A stretch of DNA of 64,000 bases. Source: Geosiphon pyriformis uo1. Lineage: Eukaryota; Fungi; Glomeromycota. The notes beneath the pieces were generated by a model. The model saw only the letters and a program-made list of their open reading frames with translations, had not been told where the DNA came from and ran no database searches. A program made the position numbers and the translations under genes. Positions 1 through 13,840 of this stretch are shown here, piece by piece; within the stretch, counting starts at the first letter, position 1, and every line of letters starts with the position of its first letter. The stretch is taken from assembly GCA_016748015.1 (NCBI GenBank), contig JAAOMT010000139.1:62946-126945 (forward strand), written 5' to 3'.

Positions 1-214
1 ATTTTTTTATGTTGTATATTTAAAATTAACAGTTTTTTTGTTTATTAAATTTAAATAAAAATTTTATAGTTAATAATATGTATTAAATTTTTGTTTAAAA
101 GCTTTTTATTTTTATTTTGTATAATTTATTGTTTTGTACAATTTTTAACATAATTTATAATATTTTAAAATATTAAAACACCAAATTTATTAATAAAATA
201 AAATATTATATATA

Positions 215-276
215 TTTTTTATTATTTTTATTATTTTTATTATTTATTATTATTTTTATTATTTATTATTTTTATT

Positions 277-319
<43 letters not shown>

Positions 320-320
320 T
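215..320. repeat. (TTA)n microsatellite / low-complexity tract
   Basis: Perfect TTA run at ~282-319, preceded by imperfect TTATT(T) units. Confidence 0.9.
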
Positions 321-3300
321 TTAAATATTTTAATAAATATGATCTAATTATTATTTAGTTTATATAAATAAATAAATTATTTATAACTATATATAATTAA
401 TTACTCAAGTTAATTAAGATTATACTGTATATTTATATAAATATTAATATTGTTATTTAATTTAAAAAAAAAAACACTTATTATACAAACCAAAACTAAT
501 TACAAAATCTTTAATAATATTAAATATATAAACAATTTTATAAAATAAATTATTTGGTAAATTACATAAACTATATAAAGCAAAATTATTATTATTAATT
601 AAATTACTTTTTTTTATTACAATTTTATATTTAAATTTATATAACTATATTTTTTTTTGTAATCTAATATTAATTTTTATATACAAATAACCAAATATAA
701 ACAGACTAATTTAATATTTTTAAAAACTAATACAATTTTGGTAAACCAAACTTTAAAAACAAAATTTTTACAAAAAACAATATATAAAATATTATTAAAA
801 ACACAAAAAAAAATATTTGTAAAATTAAAAATAATAAAAACAATATACTTATAACTTTTTTTTTATTTATTTATATTTTTATGTAAATTAAAGCATCTAA
901 CTTATATATAAAAACATAATTCAAAAATTTTATCTCTTTATAATAAAAACAAAAGATATTAAAATATTATTTATCATATAAATATTTTTAAATTACAACA
1001 AATAATTATTTTTATTAAATAAATATATAAATTGAATATAAAACTTGTTAATAAAACCAAAATACATATAAAAATTAAGATGTTAAACCAAAACAGTACA
1101 AATCTAATTTATATTTTTAATTATATTATTAATTATTATATTGATGATTTGGTTTTTTATTAAATATAATATATTAATACATATTATAAATAAAATATTA
1201 AGTATTATTAAAAATAATAATATTATTAATTTAAAAAAATTTTATAATTAAAACAAAGAAATATAAAAATAAATTTATTGTTAATAATATTAAAATAATC
1301 TTAAATTTTAAATTAAATAAAAATTTTTTTTTTTCAAATAGAATTTATAATCTGTTTTTTCTTTATTTAACAATAATTATAAAAATTAAACAATTTTAAA
1401 ATAAACTTAGAAATATAAATATTAAAAATAAATTAACTGTTAAAATAAATTTTTATTATATAAATATTAATATATATTTAAATATTAAAAAAATAGCTTA
1501 TAATTTAGCCAATAATAATAAAATTAGACCAAAAATATAAATATCAATATTTATATTTAAATTTTCAAAAAATGTTAAAACATTACTGATTATATTATAT
1601 AAGTTTAAATTTTTTAATAAATTATTTGCAAAAAATTTTACAATTAGCAAATTTATTTTTATTAAATATTTTTTAATTATAAAAAATAACTTAAATTATA
1701 TATACTTTGACAATTAAAACAACAATTAGTAAATAAAACAATTATGTTTAAATTTTTAATATAAAAAAACTTAATAGTAATTTTAAATTAATAAGATATA
1801 AAACTCTTAAAATTTAGTTTTTTTAATAATAAAAAGTTTTTTAATCAAAAATAATATTATAATCCAAAAAATTTTAATTATTTTAACTAAAAAATTATTA
1901 ATTAAATTGATTTTGAATTTAACAAAAAATTATAATAATTTTTTAAAAATCTAATTTACAATTTACTAATCTAAAAAATAATAATTAAATAATCTATTAA
2001 CAATACTTAAAATATTTAAAAAAGCCAATTTTATTCTTTTAAAGATTTTTAAATTATATTAAAAAAAACAATGTAAAATTTTATTTAAAAAATTTTTTAA
2101 AAGATTAATTTTAAATTTAAGTTTTTTTAAATTATTATATTTTATTTATAATACATATTTTCAAAAACAAAACTAAATTAAAATTTATAATTAACAATTA
2201 ATTACAAAACAGTAAAAATTAAATGCAAAAATTATTTAATCAAAATAGTTTTCTTTAAAATTATATTAGTAAAAAATTTAATATTAAAATAAATTTTTGC
2301 TAAATTAAACTTAAAAAAATTATTTGTAAGATTTTTTTAGCAAATATAATTAATAAACAAAAATATAAATAAAAAAACTTCCTTCTTTTTTTTGTTCCAA
2401 ATTTCCAAAAAAGAGTTAAAAAAGTTTTTTTGAAAGAAGTTTTTTACCATTTAGTATAATAAATCTAAACTGTTTTTACTTGATTATAAGACCATTATTG
2501 GCCTTAGTATTATTGTTATGAAAAAAAACTGTTAAAAATTCTGGCTTTGGTAGTGGTTTTGAAGCTGTTTTATTAAGAAAAAAGAGGAGAAGTGGTGTTT
2601 TAAAAGATAGTATCAATGACAAAAAAAGTTCGGTTAAGATTTAAAGTAGTTATTTATGAAGTTCAAAAACTAGTAATACCACCAAATCTGACAGTATTAA
2701 TATAGAAGAAAAATATTCAATAGAAAAGACCAGTTTTGATTATAGTAAAAATAATGTTCTTGTTTATAGAAATTTTGATCAGACACTTAAAGATTTACAT
2801 GTTAAAATTAAGAAAGCATTGGGTAAGCCATCAGAAAAAATTAATTTCTCAGGTAGTAGTAATGATGATGAAAAATTTGGTTACTATCTCTGTTTGTAAA
2901 TCTTTCACTTTGGATATTAGACTAAATAAAGTTACCAAAAAAACATTTCAAGAAAAATACATGATGATTAAGAAATTATTTTCAAGAATCAATAATTTTG
3001 GAGAGGTGTCTACTTCCTCAAAATTTGCTGGAATTATCAAAGCAATATTCACTTTTGAATCAAGTTTGACACAGGCTTCTAAAAAAACTACTAGTGCAAA
3101 GATTTTAATAAACACTAATCTTAAAAAATATGTCAGACATTCAGATTGGGCTGTGGTAATAAAAAAAATTCCAGTTGAAATATTGGCTGAGGCTATATGT
3201 GCTGTATTGTCTAAGTTTGAGATAATTAAGTTGATCAAAATGCAGTTAATAAAACTCTAGTAGAAGGCTGTAGTTAAGTTTAAGCATTCAGATCATGCTG

Positions 3301-3475
3301 ATTTAGTCATAGCCAAATGGTCTATCTTAATTAAAAAAAATGTTATACAAGTTGTCAGAACTAATTTGAACAAAGAAACATAAGACATAAGAAATTGTTA
3401 TAAAATACTGCTCTATACTCTGCCAATAAGAATTAATGCTTATAACATATGGAATTTTATTGGTTCTATTAATGG

Positions 3476-4444
3476 TGTTATTGGAGGTTTTTGGTCTCTT
3501 TTCTTGAATGTTGTAACTGTCTGTTGGTTGCAAATTCACGTTTTCTAGAAGTAGTTGAACCTCCAATAACTGAATTTATCTTCAAATTATCTCCTATAAT
3601 TTGAACTGCTGGGCTTATAAGTGGAATGGCCAATTCCGTGCCAGTTGCTTTGTGTAGTTATGTTGTAGTAAATGTCAACTCTTTCCCAGGAATTGCTCAT
3701 CTGGAAGCTTACTAAAAATGTGTAGTTACTTTGCTGTGAAAATCAACTCTTTTACAGGAATCTCGTCTGTAGGCTACCCTAATAATTATAATAAGAAAAA
3801 AGAAAGAAAATAAAAGAAATGTAAAAGAAATAGAATTCTGTTAAAGAAAACGTTTTCTATCCAGGCCTGGAGTCACTAACAGTTTACTAAAATTGGTAGC
3901 TAATCAATTTCGAAATGTTAGTTGGGTTTTAGGGATTTTCCAAGTGCAATAATTAAAGAATTTGGTTTTTTAAATTATTTGATATTTATTTCTTTCTGTG
4001 TGTGTAGGAATGATTCTAAGTAATAAATTTAAAGTAAGATATATTTTCTTAAAGAGAAAAGCTCTTCTTTTATACAACTTGTTGTAGTACTAGTCTATGA
4101 ACTTGCACTTTTTTCTTTGCTCAAATTTCGGCGAACTAAAGATATATTTTGATGAACTACAAGTTATTTCACTGAACTATTAATTAATTTGGGTGAACTA
4201 TTTATAATTTCAGCGAATTTTTGTAAATTTCGGCGAATTTTAGAATGTTACAAAGTTCAGAGTATTGTGTAATTTGATCATCCTACTTTCTGTTATACTA
4301 ATTAGATTATTTTAATTGAATCGTGATATGTGATAATTGATTAAATAATAATGATAATTTGAAATAATATTAATATACTAATTAATTATAGGAATTATAA
4401 GAGTAATTTCGTGCTAATTAATAGTTAAAATTCTACTGGTAACA
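3476..4444 (-). repeat. 3' LTR of element A
   Basis: Direct repeat of 12385-13288; TG..CA ends; PPT (GAGGAGAAG on - strand) adjacent at ~4449-4457. Confidence 0.95.
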
Positions 4445-5132
4445 TAATCTTCTCCTCAAGACTGAGCTCTGTCAAAATCCAAGCACTATCTGTAATATTG
4501 AGATAGTGATCCAAAATAATTGAAGTAATCTGGTCTGAAAATTGTTGAAATTTCAGTTCTATAAGCTTGCCAATGTATTGGACTTTCATTGGTTGCAGTA
4601 TTGGATTTTGTAAAACATTTTCACAAGTATTAAACAAATCATAGAGTCTAAAAGCTGCTCTAAGTTTGTAGCGAGTGTTTGTTGATCCAGCTGCTGTTTT
4701 GAATTCATTATGGATTTGTTTTTGTATAGCTTCAGAAGTGAAATTTGTTGCTTCAAGTTCCAGTTTTCGTTCATAAAGTGTCTTTTCAATGTGAAAGTAT
4801 TTATAAATAGGGGTGTGTTCATTGTTCTGTTCATTGAGAAGTGATAAAAGTTTTTGTTGCATTGTAGCATTTGGTGGAATGTCAATAGGGACAATTAAAA
4901 GATTTTCTTCCAGTGCTTGCTTCAAAAGTCTTGGTAACTTATTTTCAAAGTGACTTCTTGTTTTTCTTCTATAGGGGTGATAGTTTTGTGAATGATTTGC
5001 TACTGAGGCTGTGGTTTCCTTCTAAATGTAATTAATTTGACTTCCATTAATCGTTATGGATAAGTCAGGAAGTGTTTTTAAGGCTAACATTAACTTTTGG
5101 GATATTTGTTAAATATTTCGAGAAATAATCAT
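4425..5132 (-). pseudogene. Accessory ORF3 of element A (~235 aa, unknown function)
   Basis: ATG at 5132 is in frame with ORF 4425-4925; homologous to 58398-59117 and 37924-38643; a few stops that look transition-derived. Confidence 0.8.
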
Positions 5133-5267
5133 GATAAAATTGACTAATTATGAAAAGAGAGAATAAAGAAAATTATTTTTGGAATATGGGGTTTTTTATT
5201 TGTTTTTGGGTTTGGGTGTTTTTGTAATTTATTTACTATTTTTGTCTTTGTGTTTTCATTGTAAAAT

Positions 5268-6653
5268 TTAAGTGTTCAAGTTTGGTTGTTGTTCTATTAT
5301 AATTATTGGTTCTAAATTTCGGGGAATATCTTCAGGATTAATTAAAGAGGAATGTGTACCAATTTGTGGAATTAATGGTTCAAGATTGTTTCTAGAATAA
5401 TAGTGTTTCAATCTGTCTCTATGTACAACTTTTGCTAGTATTTTGTCATCAAGTCTTAACTTGTATGATCCATTGCCTAGAATTTTGTGAATATAAAATA
5501 GTCCATCCTATTTGTTTTCAAATTTCTCACTCTATTGTTTTTCAGCCTTAGTTCTGTATAAGAGAACTTTATTTCCAACTTTAAATTCGTTGGTAATAGG
5601 TGGTAATTTGTTGTCATGTCTTTCTTTTTGTTGAGCTTGGGAATATTCAATATGAGTTGCTGCTATTCTTCTTTTTCCTTCCAGTGTACTAAAAAGAGTG
5701 TAGGCTCTTCTTTGGAGTGTTTCTTGAAAGTTTTCTTTATTGATTGGTTGTACTGAATATGTTTCTACTGTGAAATTAATTGGTAATATTGCTGTTCTTC
5801 TATAAGTAAGATCAAATGGTATGTGTTTCATAGTATCTTGTTTTAGTGTTCTGTATACTAGTAACACTGATAAAATAAAGATATTTCATTCCTGCTCAAA
5901 GTTTGTTAAGACTTTGGCTAGAGATTCACATAATGTTCTATTAAAACGTTTTACAAGTCCATTTGTTTGAGGGTGATAAGATGATGATAGAGGTTTTTTG
6001 ACTTTGAACCGTTCACAAATTTCTTGTATCAAGTTGTTTACAAAATGTGTTTCTTGATCAGATAAAAGTTCAATTGGGCATCTATATCTACAAATAATGT
6101 CTTCATAGATGAAATTTGCTACTGATTTTGCATCTGCTCTTTGGATGGCTTTAGCTTCAGACCATTTGGTAAGATAATTCACTGCAACTACAATATAATG
6201 ATTTCCTTGGGTTATGATAGGTAATAGTCCGACTAAATCAATTCCAACTCTGTCAAAAGGTTGTCCAATTTTGATTGGATTTAAAGGTTCTGTGGGGTAA
6301 GTTCCTCCTCTTCTTTGACAATTATCACAAAATTCTACATATTGTCAAATGTTTTTTTGCATGTGAGGCCAAAAATAATGTTTAAAAGTTCTTTGAATTG
6401 TTCCATCTCTTCCCAAGTGTGCTGAAAAAGGATCTGTATACATGTTGTATAGAATTGTTTCATTTTCATTTTCCTGTACTAATTTGAGTAGTTGGTTTGA
6501 GTTTTTACAATTTCTATAATATATTTTGTTATGGTGTATAAAATATTGTTTGGATTGGTTTTGTACTCAATGTTTTTTACTTGGAGACCAATTTTCTGGC
6601 ATGGTGAGAGTCTCCAAATAGTTTTTGATGTTGTTGTAGTTTTCTGGATTCAT
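5268..6653 (-). pseudogene. Integrase of element A (separate ORF)
   Basis: Starts MNPENY; H2C2 zinc finger; GIDLVG, SDQETHF, TNGLVKRFNR DDE core. Confidence 0.9.
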
Positions 6654-6720
6654 TATTGTTGATCTTGTTGTTTGTTCTGCTGTTAAGTTTGTTGGTGTTT
6701 TGTTGGTGTTGATGTTGGTA

Positions 6721-9700
6721 TTAGTATTGTCTCATTCTTGAGAGGCTATTAACATTGATGTGTAGTTTTCCTGGTTTGTAATGTAGAATGTATCTGTAGT
6801 CTGCTAGGAAGTTATTCCATTGAGACTGTTTGGCACTTTGTTCAGTTTTCTTTTTATTAAGCCATTTGAAACCAATATTGTCAGTTATTATGTCAAATTT
6901 TTTTCCATTCTTCAGGTATTGTTGAAAGTGTTTAAGAGCCCAGATGACTGCAGTGGCTTCCAATTCAGTTGAGCCATATTTGAGTTCTGTTGGCTTAAGT
7001 GTTCTGTTGGCATAGGCAATAACTTGTTCCTGGCCATTTTCATCCAATTATAATAAGATGACACCAAATACTATGTGTGAAGCATCAGTGGTTAATTAAA
7101 ATCGTTTGTTGAAGTCTGAGTAAGCAAGAACTGAGGCTGTTGTCAATTTTGTTTTGAGAGTTTCAAAAGCTTTTTGTTGTTCTTCAGTCCATTTGTATGG
7201 TACGTTTTTGTTGGTAAAATAATTGAGTGGTTTGGCAATTTCTGAGAATTCTTTTATGAATTTTCAATAGTAAAAGGCTAATCCTACAAATTTTCTTAGT
7301 TCTGTAGTATTTCTGGGGGTTTGAAAGTTTTTGACAGCACTGATTGTTCCTGGATTTGGTTTAACTTTATCTTTACTAACTATGTGTCCAAGAAAGATCA
7401 AGCTTGTTTTTCCAAAGTGATATTTCTCAATGTTTAACTTTAATCCTGCTTTCCATAATCATTGAAAAACTTCTTGCAGGTAAATGAAATGAGTCTCAAA
7501 GCTTGGTGAGTATACATCAGTATTATCAAGATAGACAACTACTGATTGCCACAAGAGCCCTTCATATACCACATCCATGAGTTGCTAGAATGTTGCTGGT
7601 GCATTGCAGAGTCCAAAAAGCATAACATTAAACTCATAGTTTCCTTCTTGGATGGTAAATGCTGTTTTGGGTCAGTCTTTTGGATCCATTTCGACTTGCT
7701 AGTATCTACTTTCTAAGTCTAAAGTTGAGAAGAACTTGGCTTTTCCTAGAGCATCTAGCATATCATCAATTCTTGGAAAAGGATAGACATCTCCAATTGT
7801 CACACTGTTCAATTGGCGATAGTCAACACAAAATCTGATTTTTCCATTTTTCTTTTTAATCAGGACTACTGGTAAAGCCTAAAGACTTCTTGATGGTTGA
7901 ATCAATCCGTTATTGAGCATTCTCTGAACTTCTTCTCTGATGAATTGGTGGCTGGCCGGTGGCACTCTGTAAGCTTGCTGTCATTTTGGTAAAGCATCTC
8001 CTGTATGGATCTAATATTGAACCATATCCGTTTTTCCCAGGTCATTGTTGTCTTTTGCAAATATATCTGCAAATTCAGCTATCAATTGTTTCAATTGTCT
8101 TTGTTGTTAAGGTTCTAAGGGACCCATGTTGATTTGAGAGAGTTTTTTTTCTAAAAAGTGGTAGTTTTCAGTAGTGAGAATGATATTTGGATTTGGGAGT
8201 AGTATGTGCCTTACAATTTCGATGAAATTAGAGACAATTTGAGGGTTTTCATCTTGAAAAATATTGCTGTATATGATTTCAATCTCTAGTTTGTTTAATA
8301 AGATAATAGGGTAATTATTGGGGTTGTAGAATATAACTCAAAATTTTTTCATTCCTTTGGGAATATAAACGTTTGAAATTGAGATTTCATGCTTCAAACA
8401 GATTTGTTCATTGGATTCAAAGATTTGTTGTGTAGTGGTGGGTTTTAAGCAAGTATAAATTTCATGATGTTCTTCAAAAGGTAAAATGGTAATTGGCTGG
8501 AGAAATTGAAGAATCTGGTGAGATTCATTTTGTGTATTTAGAGCTATGTTTACTGGAACTGTAAATCGTCTAGTTGAACCAAAATCTTGAGTTCCTCTTT
8601 CACTTTTTTCCAATTGTTCTCTGTTGTTTACTGATTGTAAATCCGAAATGTTGATTAAGAGTAAGTAAATTGCTTGAGCAATTTTTTTAGCATGTTCAAT
8701 CTTGAATGATTTGTCTGTTTCATTCTGTAACATGATAGTAATATCTCTGGTGTATCCTGTATTTATAACTCCTCCTCTAATATTGATTTCTTTGCTTACC
8801 AATGATGATCTGGAGGCAATTTGAACCATTGCTCCTGGTAGAATTTCAAGAGCAATTTTGAGATTGATTTTTGTCAAGGACTTTGGTTGGAGAACCAAAG
8901 TATCTTTTCCTGGGTATCTTAGGTCATATTCAGCATCAATTTCGTGTGCTTTTTCTGATTTCTTGGCCATAGTTGTCAAAATATTTAAGTTGTAGAGGTG
9001 GTTGTTTTTCAAAAAGATAGATAAGAGTGGTTGGTAGTTTTTCTACTAGTTCAGATACTTCAAATTCGATTTCATTTTTATCATTCTCATTTGGCAGAGA
9101 AATGTTAAGAGCATAACATTCTAAATACTATTGGTCATCACAAGACATAACACATTTTTCACACAATTAAATGTTCATTTGCTTTAATCATTGAATTTGA
9201 GCTTCTTTGGTCAGATATGTGTGGCTTGCAATTTGGTGGTAGGTTTTTACTTCATCTTCATAATCAAATCCAGCTAATTCCATGGTATACTCAATATATT
9301 CAGCTTCTTTTATTTGGTGGACATCTTCTTGGGTGGCTCTATTGATCAATGTCATTGCTAAGTCAAAAATCATTTCAGCATCATAAGGGTAGTGGTAAAG
9401 TTTATTGAGAGCACTGTTGTATACTGCATCAAATGGTGTTCCTCTTCTGACTTTTTCCAAAATTGATAGAACATATTGACAGGTTTGATCACATACTTCT
9501 CCTCTTATTGCTATATCAATCCAATTGCATTCTTTTGGTAGCATTTCTCCACATGTAAGGCAAGGTGTATTGTTTCATTTTCCACTTCTTTTTGAAGATC
9601 CAAATCATTCTCTATGACATGTTTTGCAAAAGTAACAGGTACAAGTTTTATATTCCTCTTCTGGAGAAATACATGCTCCCATTGATGAAAGTTTTTTGTT

Positions 9701-12339
9701 GTAATCTTTGCATTTGAATGGAATATAAGGTGGTTGTTTCCATGGTTCTGGTGTAGAATATCTAACTTTCTTCCATCCTTTTGATTCTTCAAAAATCTCT
9801 TGTTCTGTTTCCTCAGCCCAATTGGATAATAATTCAAGAGCCATGTAGGTTTTAGTAAGTGGCATTTCTTTCTTCTTTTCAAATTCAAATACTGGGGCTT
9901 TTTCTAATCATTTGTTAAAGGTATCACAGATTGCAAGTATTATGGTATATTGTTCTTGATATGAGATTTTAAGTTCTTAAGTTTCCCAGTTCAGATTTGC
10001 ATTGGCCTTGAGAAACCAATCATTTTTGACTAGAGCTTGGTATTGGGGTGCATTCATAACAAGAACTTTAACTAAAATGGTAATTCCATTAATTGTAAAA
10101 GAAAAATCATTAATTTCTCCTACTGGAGTCTTCTTCATATCATCAGCTGTGACAATAACTGTTTGAGCTGGTCTGTCTACGTTTCATTTGAGTTGTTGCA
10201 TCAGCTGGTAAGTGATGATATTTCCAGCCAATCCATTATTTAAGATTAAGTGAATGGGTTTTTCTTCTACTGTAGCTTCTGTGTACATAGCAGTAATTGC
10301 TTTTTGTTCATTGACTGCTGCATTACTAAGCAGAAATGGTGATTTATTTGCTTCAAATTCAAATAGAAATATATCTGACAGATTGGGATTTTGGGCAATT
10401 TGAGCTGGTAAAATAATGTGGTTGGAAGGGTTTGATCTTGGTGCTACAACTTTATCTTTAGAAAGTGCAGTTTGTTGAAAATCCGATTTCTCTGGTATTA
10501 TAAGATAACTGGATTGAGTGTAATAGTGATTGGGTTTTTGCTGACCAGAATTTCAGGGAACCAACTGGTTATTTGGATTGATTCTGTTGTGGTTACTCTG
10601 CAATTGATTTTGGGGTGTGAATTGGTTATGTTGAACCAATCTTCTTGCTGGTACTTGATATTGTTGAGTGGGTGGTGTCTAATATGGCTGAATTGGTAAA
10701 GGTTGCTAATATTGTTGCTGCATTGGTTGTGGAGCTGGTGGATAGTAACTGTTTTGATTTTGTGGTCTTGGTGAATAATAGATTGGTGGTGGAAATTGGT
10801 AATAGAATTGTTGTGGTAAAGAGTAATATTGATTACTCCTGTTTTGTTGGTCTCTTTGTAATTTCCTACAATCTTGTTTCCAATGTCCTGGAATTCCATA
10901 ATAATGACAATTTTAAGATTGGTTGTTGGACGGTGATCCAAAATTGTTTTGGTTGCATTGTTGTGGGAGTTGATATTTTTGTGATTGTTGTTGCTGTTGT
11001 TGTTGATTTGAAAGTAGCTTTCAACCTTTTTTGTAAGTTGGTCTATCTTTTCTTCAGCTGTTGAACTGGTTTCTTCAATTGCAAGGTTTACCAGCTTGGT
11101 GTGATTTGCTTCTTCCATTGCCATTTCATAGCTCTTTGCATGTCTAATAGCAGTTGCTAAGTCTGCTAGAGCATGTGGACAGACTTTCTTAATCAGTTTG
11201 GCTTTTAACCCTGCTATAAACTGATCCAGAATTTGAGCATCAGAATAGTAGTCATTGGTTTCTAATTGTTGGATTTGTCTAAGAAGTTTGTTAAATCTTC
11301 CAAGATAGGTCATAACAGTTTCAGATGTTTCTTGTTTGATATTGCGAAAGTGGTTTCTGAGAGTGATAGAGATATTGTTGTCAGTGAATTGTTGTAGAAA
11401 AGCATTTTTGAATGCTTGCCAGTTTTCAAATGGTTCTTCTAAGTTTTCAAACCATTTTTCTGCTGTTCCTTGAAGAAAGTAGGGAATTGTTTTGAGCATT
11501 CTTGCTGCGATCCAACCATTTACATCTTCTGCTTTTTGAACTTTGTTAAGCCATTCTTGAGCACTGGTATCATTGTCTTTACCAGTGAATTCTGGGATTT
11601 TTGCAATGTAAGCAGTTGCCATTTCTTCTTTGTTTTCTGTAATTTCTTCTGGTTCTGGTTCAGTTTCTTTACTTTCCAAGCTGTCTGAGTGATTACTTTT
11701 GTTTTCCTGTAAGTAATCAATGATATTGGCACTTGTTGATATTGGTTCCTGATGTTAAGTAGGATTTCTAGGTAACTGGAAATCTTCTGGTCTGGAAAAA
11801 CGGTTAAGTGGTAAACTTGGTGTTTGTGGTTGAACAAGTGAAATTGGAAATGATGTAATAGAAAGTGGTAATTTGGCACTGGTTCCTTGTTCAGGTGTTT
11901 GCAAGTGTTTGGCAGTTGTCTTTTATAGTATTAGAGTATTTGGAGTGGTTCTTATATATTGCTTCAATCTTTGTTTGTCTTTGTTGCTTGTTTCTGTCTC
12001 TGATTCAAAGTCAAAAAAGTATTTAGACTGTACTGGGTATTTTTCTTTACAATACTCAATAATGTTAAAATTAAGTTCTTGGAAGTAGGTAGCAAGTGTT
12101 TTACTGTTCAGGTCTTTTGTTCTTAATTGTGAGTAGTGCACTAAATTATTGTAGAGGTTGCTTCTAACTTCTAAAATGTTGTAGTTTCCAAAAAGATAAT
12201 TGTTGATGCAGTTTTCAATGTATTGGTATACTGATTTCTTAACAACTTCAATTCTGTCTGGAATGTTGAATCTTTGCTTGCAGTGGGTGTAAATTGACTG
12301 GTAATATTCTAGAGTTGCTGTGTCTGGTGTGGTCACTAC
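6721..12339 (-). pseudogene. Gag-PR-Cys-rich-dUTPase-RT-RNaseH polyprotein of element A
   Basis: Retrotransposon Gag (IPEFTGKD..EWL), CCHC knuckle, dUTPase motifs in ORF 8338-9012, RT YLD(D), RNase H ELEATAVIWAL; ends ..LSRMRQY*. Confidence 0.9.
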
Positions 12340-12366
12340 TTTGAATTTGTTGTTGCTGTGTTATTT

Positions 12367-12382
12367 CTGTGGGAGAGCACCA
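12367..12382 (-). promoter_or_regulatory. Primer binding site of element A (TGGTGCTCTCCCACAG)
   Basis: TGG start 2 nt after the LTR end; near-identical in C (30739) and E (51151). Confidence 0.85.
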
Positions 12383-12384
12383 AA

Positions 12385-13288
12385 TGTTACTGAAGGTTTT
12401 TGGTCTCTTTTCTTGAATGTTGTAACTGTCTGTTGGTTGCAAATTCACGTTTTCTAGAAGTAGTTGAACCTCCAATAACTGAATTTATCTTCAAATTATC
12501 TCCTATAATTTGAACTGCTGGGCTTATAAGTAGAATGGCCAATTCTGTGCCAGTTGCTTTGTGTAGTTATGTTGTAGTAAATGTCAACTCTTTCCCAGGA
12601 ATTGCTCGTCTAGAAGCTCACTAAAAATGTGTAGTTACTTTGCTGTAAAAGTCAACTCTTCTACAGGAATTTCATCTGTAGGCTACCCTAATAATTATAA
12701 TAAGAAAAAGAAAGAAAATAAAAGAAATATAAAAGAAATAGAATTCTGTCAAAGAAAACGTAGCTAATCAATTTCGAAATGTTAGTTGGGTTTTAGAGAT
12801 TTTCCAAGTGCAATAATTAAAGAATTTGGTTTTTCAAATTATTTGATATTTATTTCTTTCTGTGTGTGTAGGAATAGTTCTAAGTAATAAATCTAAAGTA
12901 AGATATATTTTCTTGAAGAGAAAAGCTCTTCTTTTATACAACTTGTTGTAGTACTAGTCTATGAACTTGCACTTTTTTCTTTGCTTAAATTTTGGCAAAC
13001 TAAAGATATATTTTGATGAACTACAAGTTATTTCGCTGAACTATTGATTAATTTGGGTGAACTATTTATAATTTCGGCGAATTTTAGAATATTACAAAGT
13101 TCAGAGTATTGTGTAATTTGATCATCCTACTTTCTGTTATACTAATTAGATTATTTTAATTGAATCGTGATATGTGATAATTGATTAAATAATAATGATA
13201 ATTTGAAATGATATTAATATACTAATTAATTATAGGAATTATAAGGGTAATTTCGTGCTAATTAATAGCTAAAATTCTACTTGTAACA
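12385..13288 (-). repeat. 5' LTR of element A
   Basis: Repeat of 3476-4444 with a ~44-bp and a ~19-bp deletion. Confidence 0.95.
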
Positions 13289-13840
13289 GTGGGAAAACAT
13301 GTGTTATTAATTGTTATCAGATTTTATATGCTTGAGCCAGATAGCTACTGTTTGTTTCAACTTTGCTAAGTTATTGAATGCTATTATGAGAACCACACCA
13401 GTGCTTAAGAGTGCCAATTTGCACTGATCTTATCTGGTTTCTGCTAAGTGTACTAAATATAAGAATTTAGGTTATACATCTTTGGATTGTACAGTTGGTA
13501 GAAAATTTCTTTCAGGTACTTTACTATATTGAGCTTTTTCAGAAGCAGATAAAAGCAGATTGGTTATTATTTATACCAAATGTTTGGCTTCTGTTGCTTA
13601 ACTGATCACTTTTGGTGGTGCTTTGTAAGTGAATATTGCTAGTAAATTCTCTTTCTTCTCTCTATTTGTATGAAATAATTTAGCTAATTCTGGTTTTTTT
13701 TAAAGATAAAATCCCCTCTGCTTGTTGCTAATGAGTTGGAATTATGTTTAGTTAATATTAAAAGCAGACTTATCAGCCTTGTGAAACAAATTAGTAAGTT
13801 GGCTAAAAGATTAGAATTACTTGTGCCAGTAGTTTCCTAA

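Larger units (their letters stand above)
3476..13288 (-). mobile_element. Ty3/Gypsy LTR retrotransposon A (family 1, dUTPase-bearing), full length, pseudogenised
   Basis: TGTTA..TAACA LTRs; 4-bp TSD ATGG/GTGG; PBS; PPT; order gag-PR-dUT-RT-RH-IN. Confidence 0.95.

Noticed and set aside
480-2100. Possible decayed coding sequence in the AT-rich flank
   Set aside because: No ORF or motif could be reconstructed with confidence
10645-11064. Val-rich antisense ORFs (also 32070-32405 and 52533-52817)
   Set aside because: Shadow of the CAA/AAC-rich Q/N Gag tail; no independent evidence of coding
12248-12475. LTR-encoded ORF MEVQLLLENV.. (also 3327-3566)
   Set aside because: TTG start, short, not in the Gag frame, and the U5 sequence differs in C
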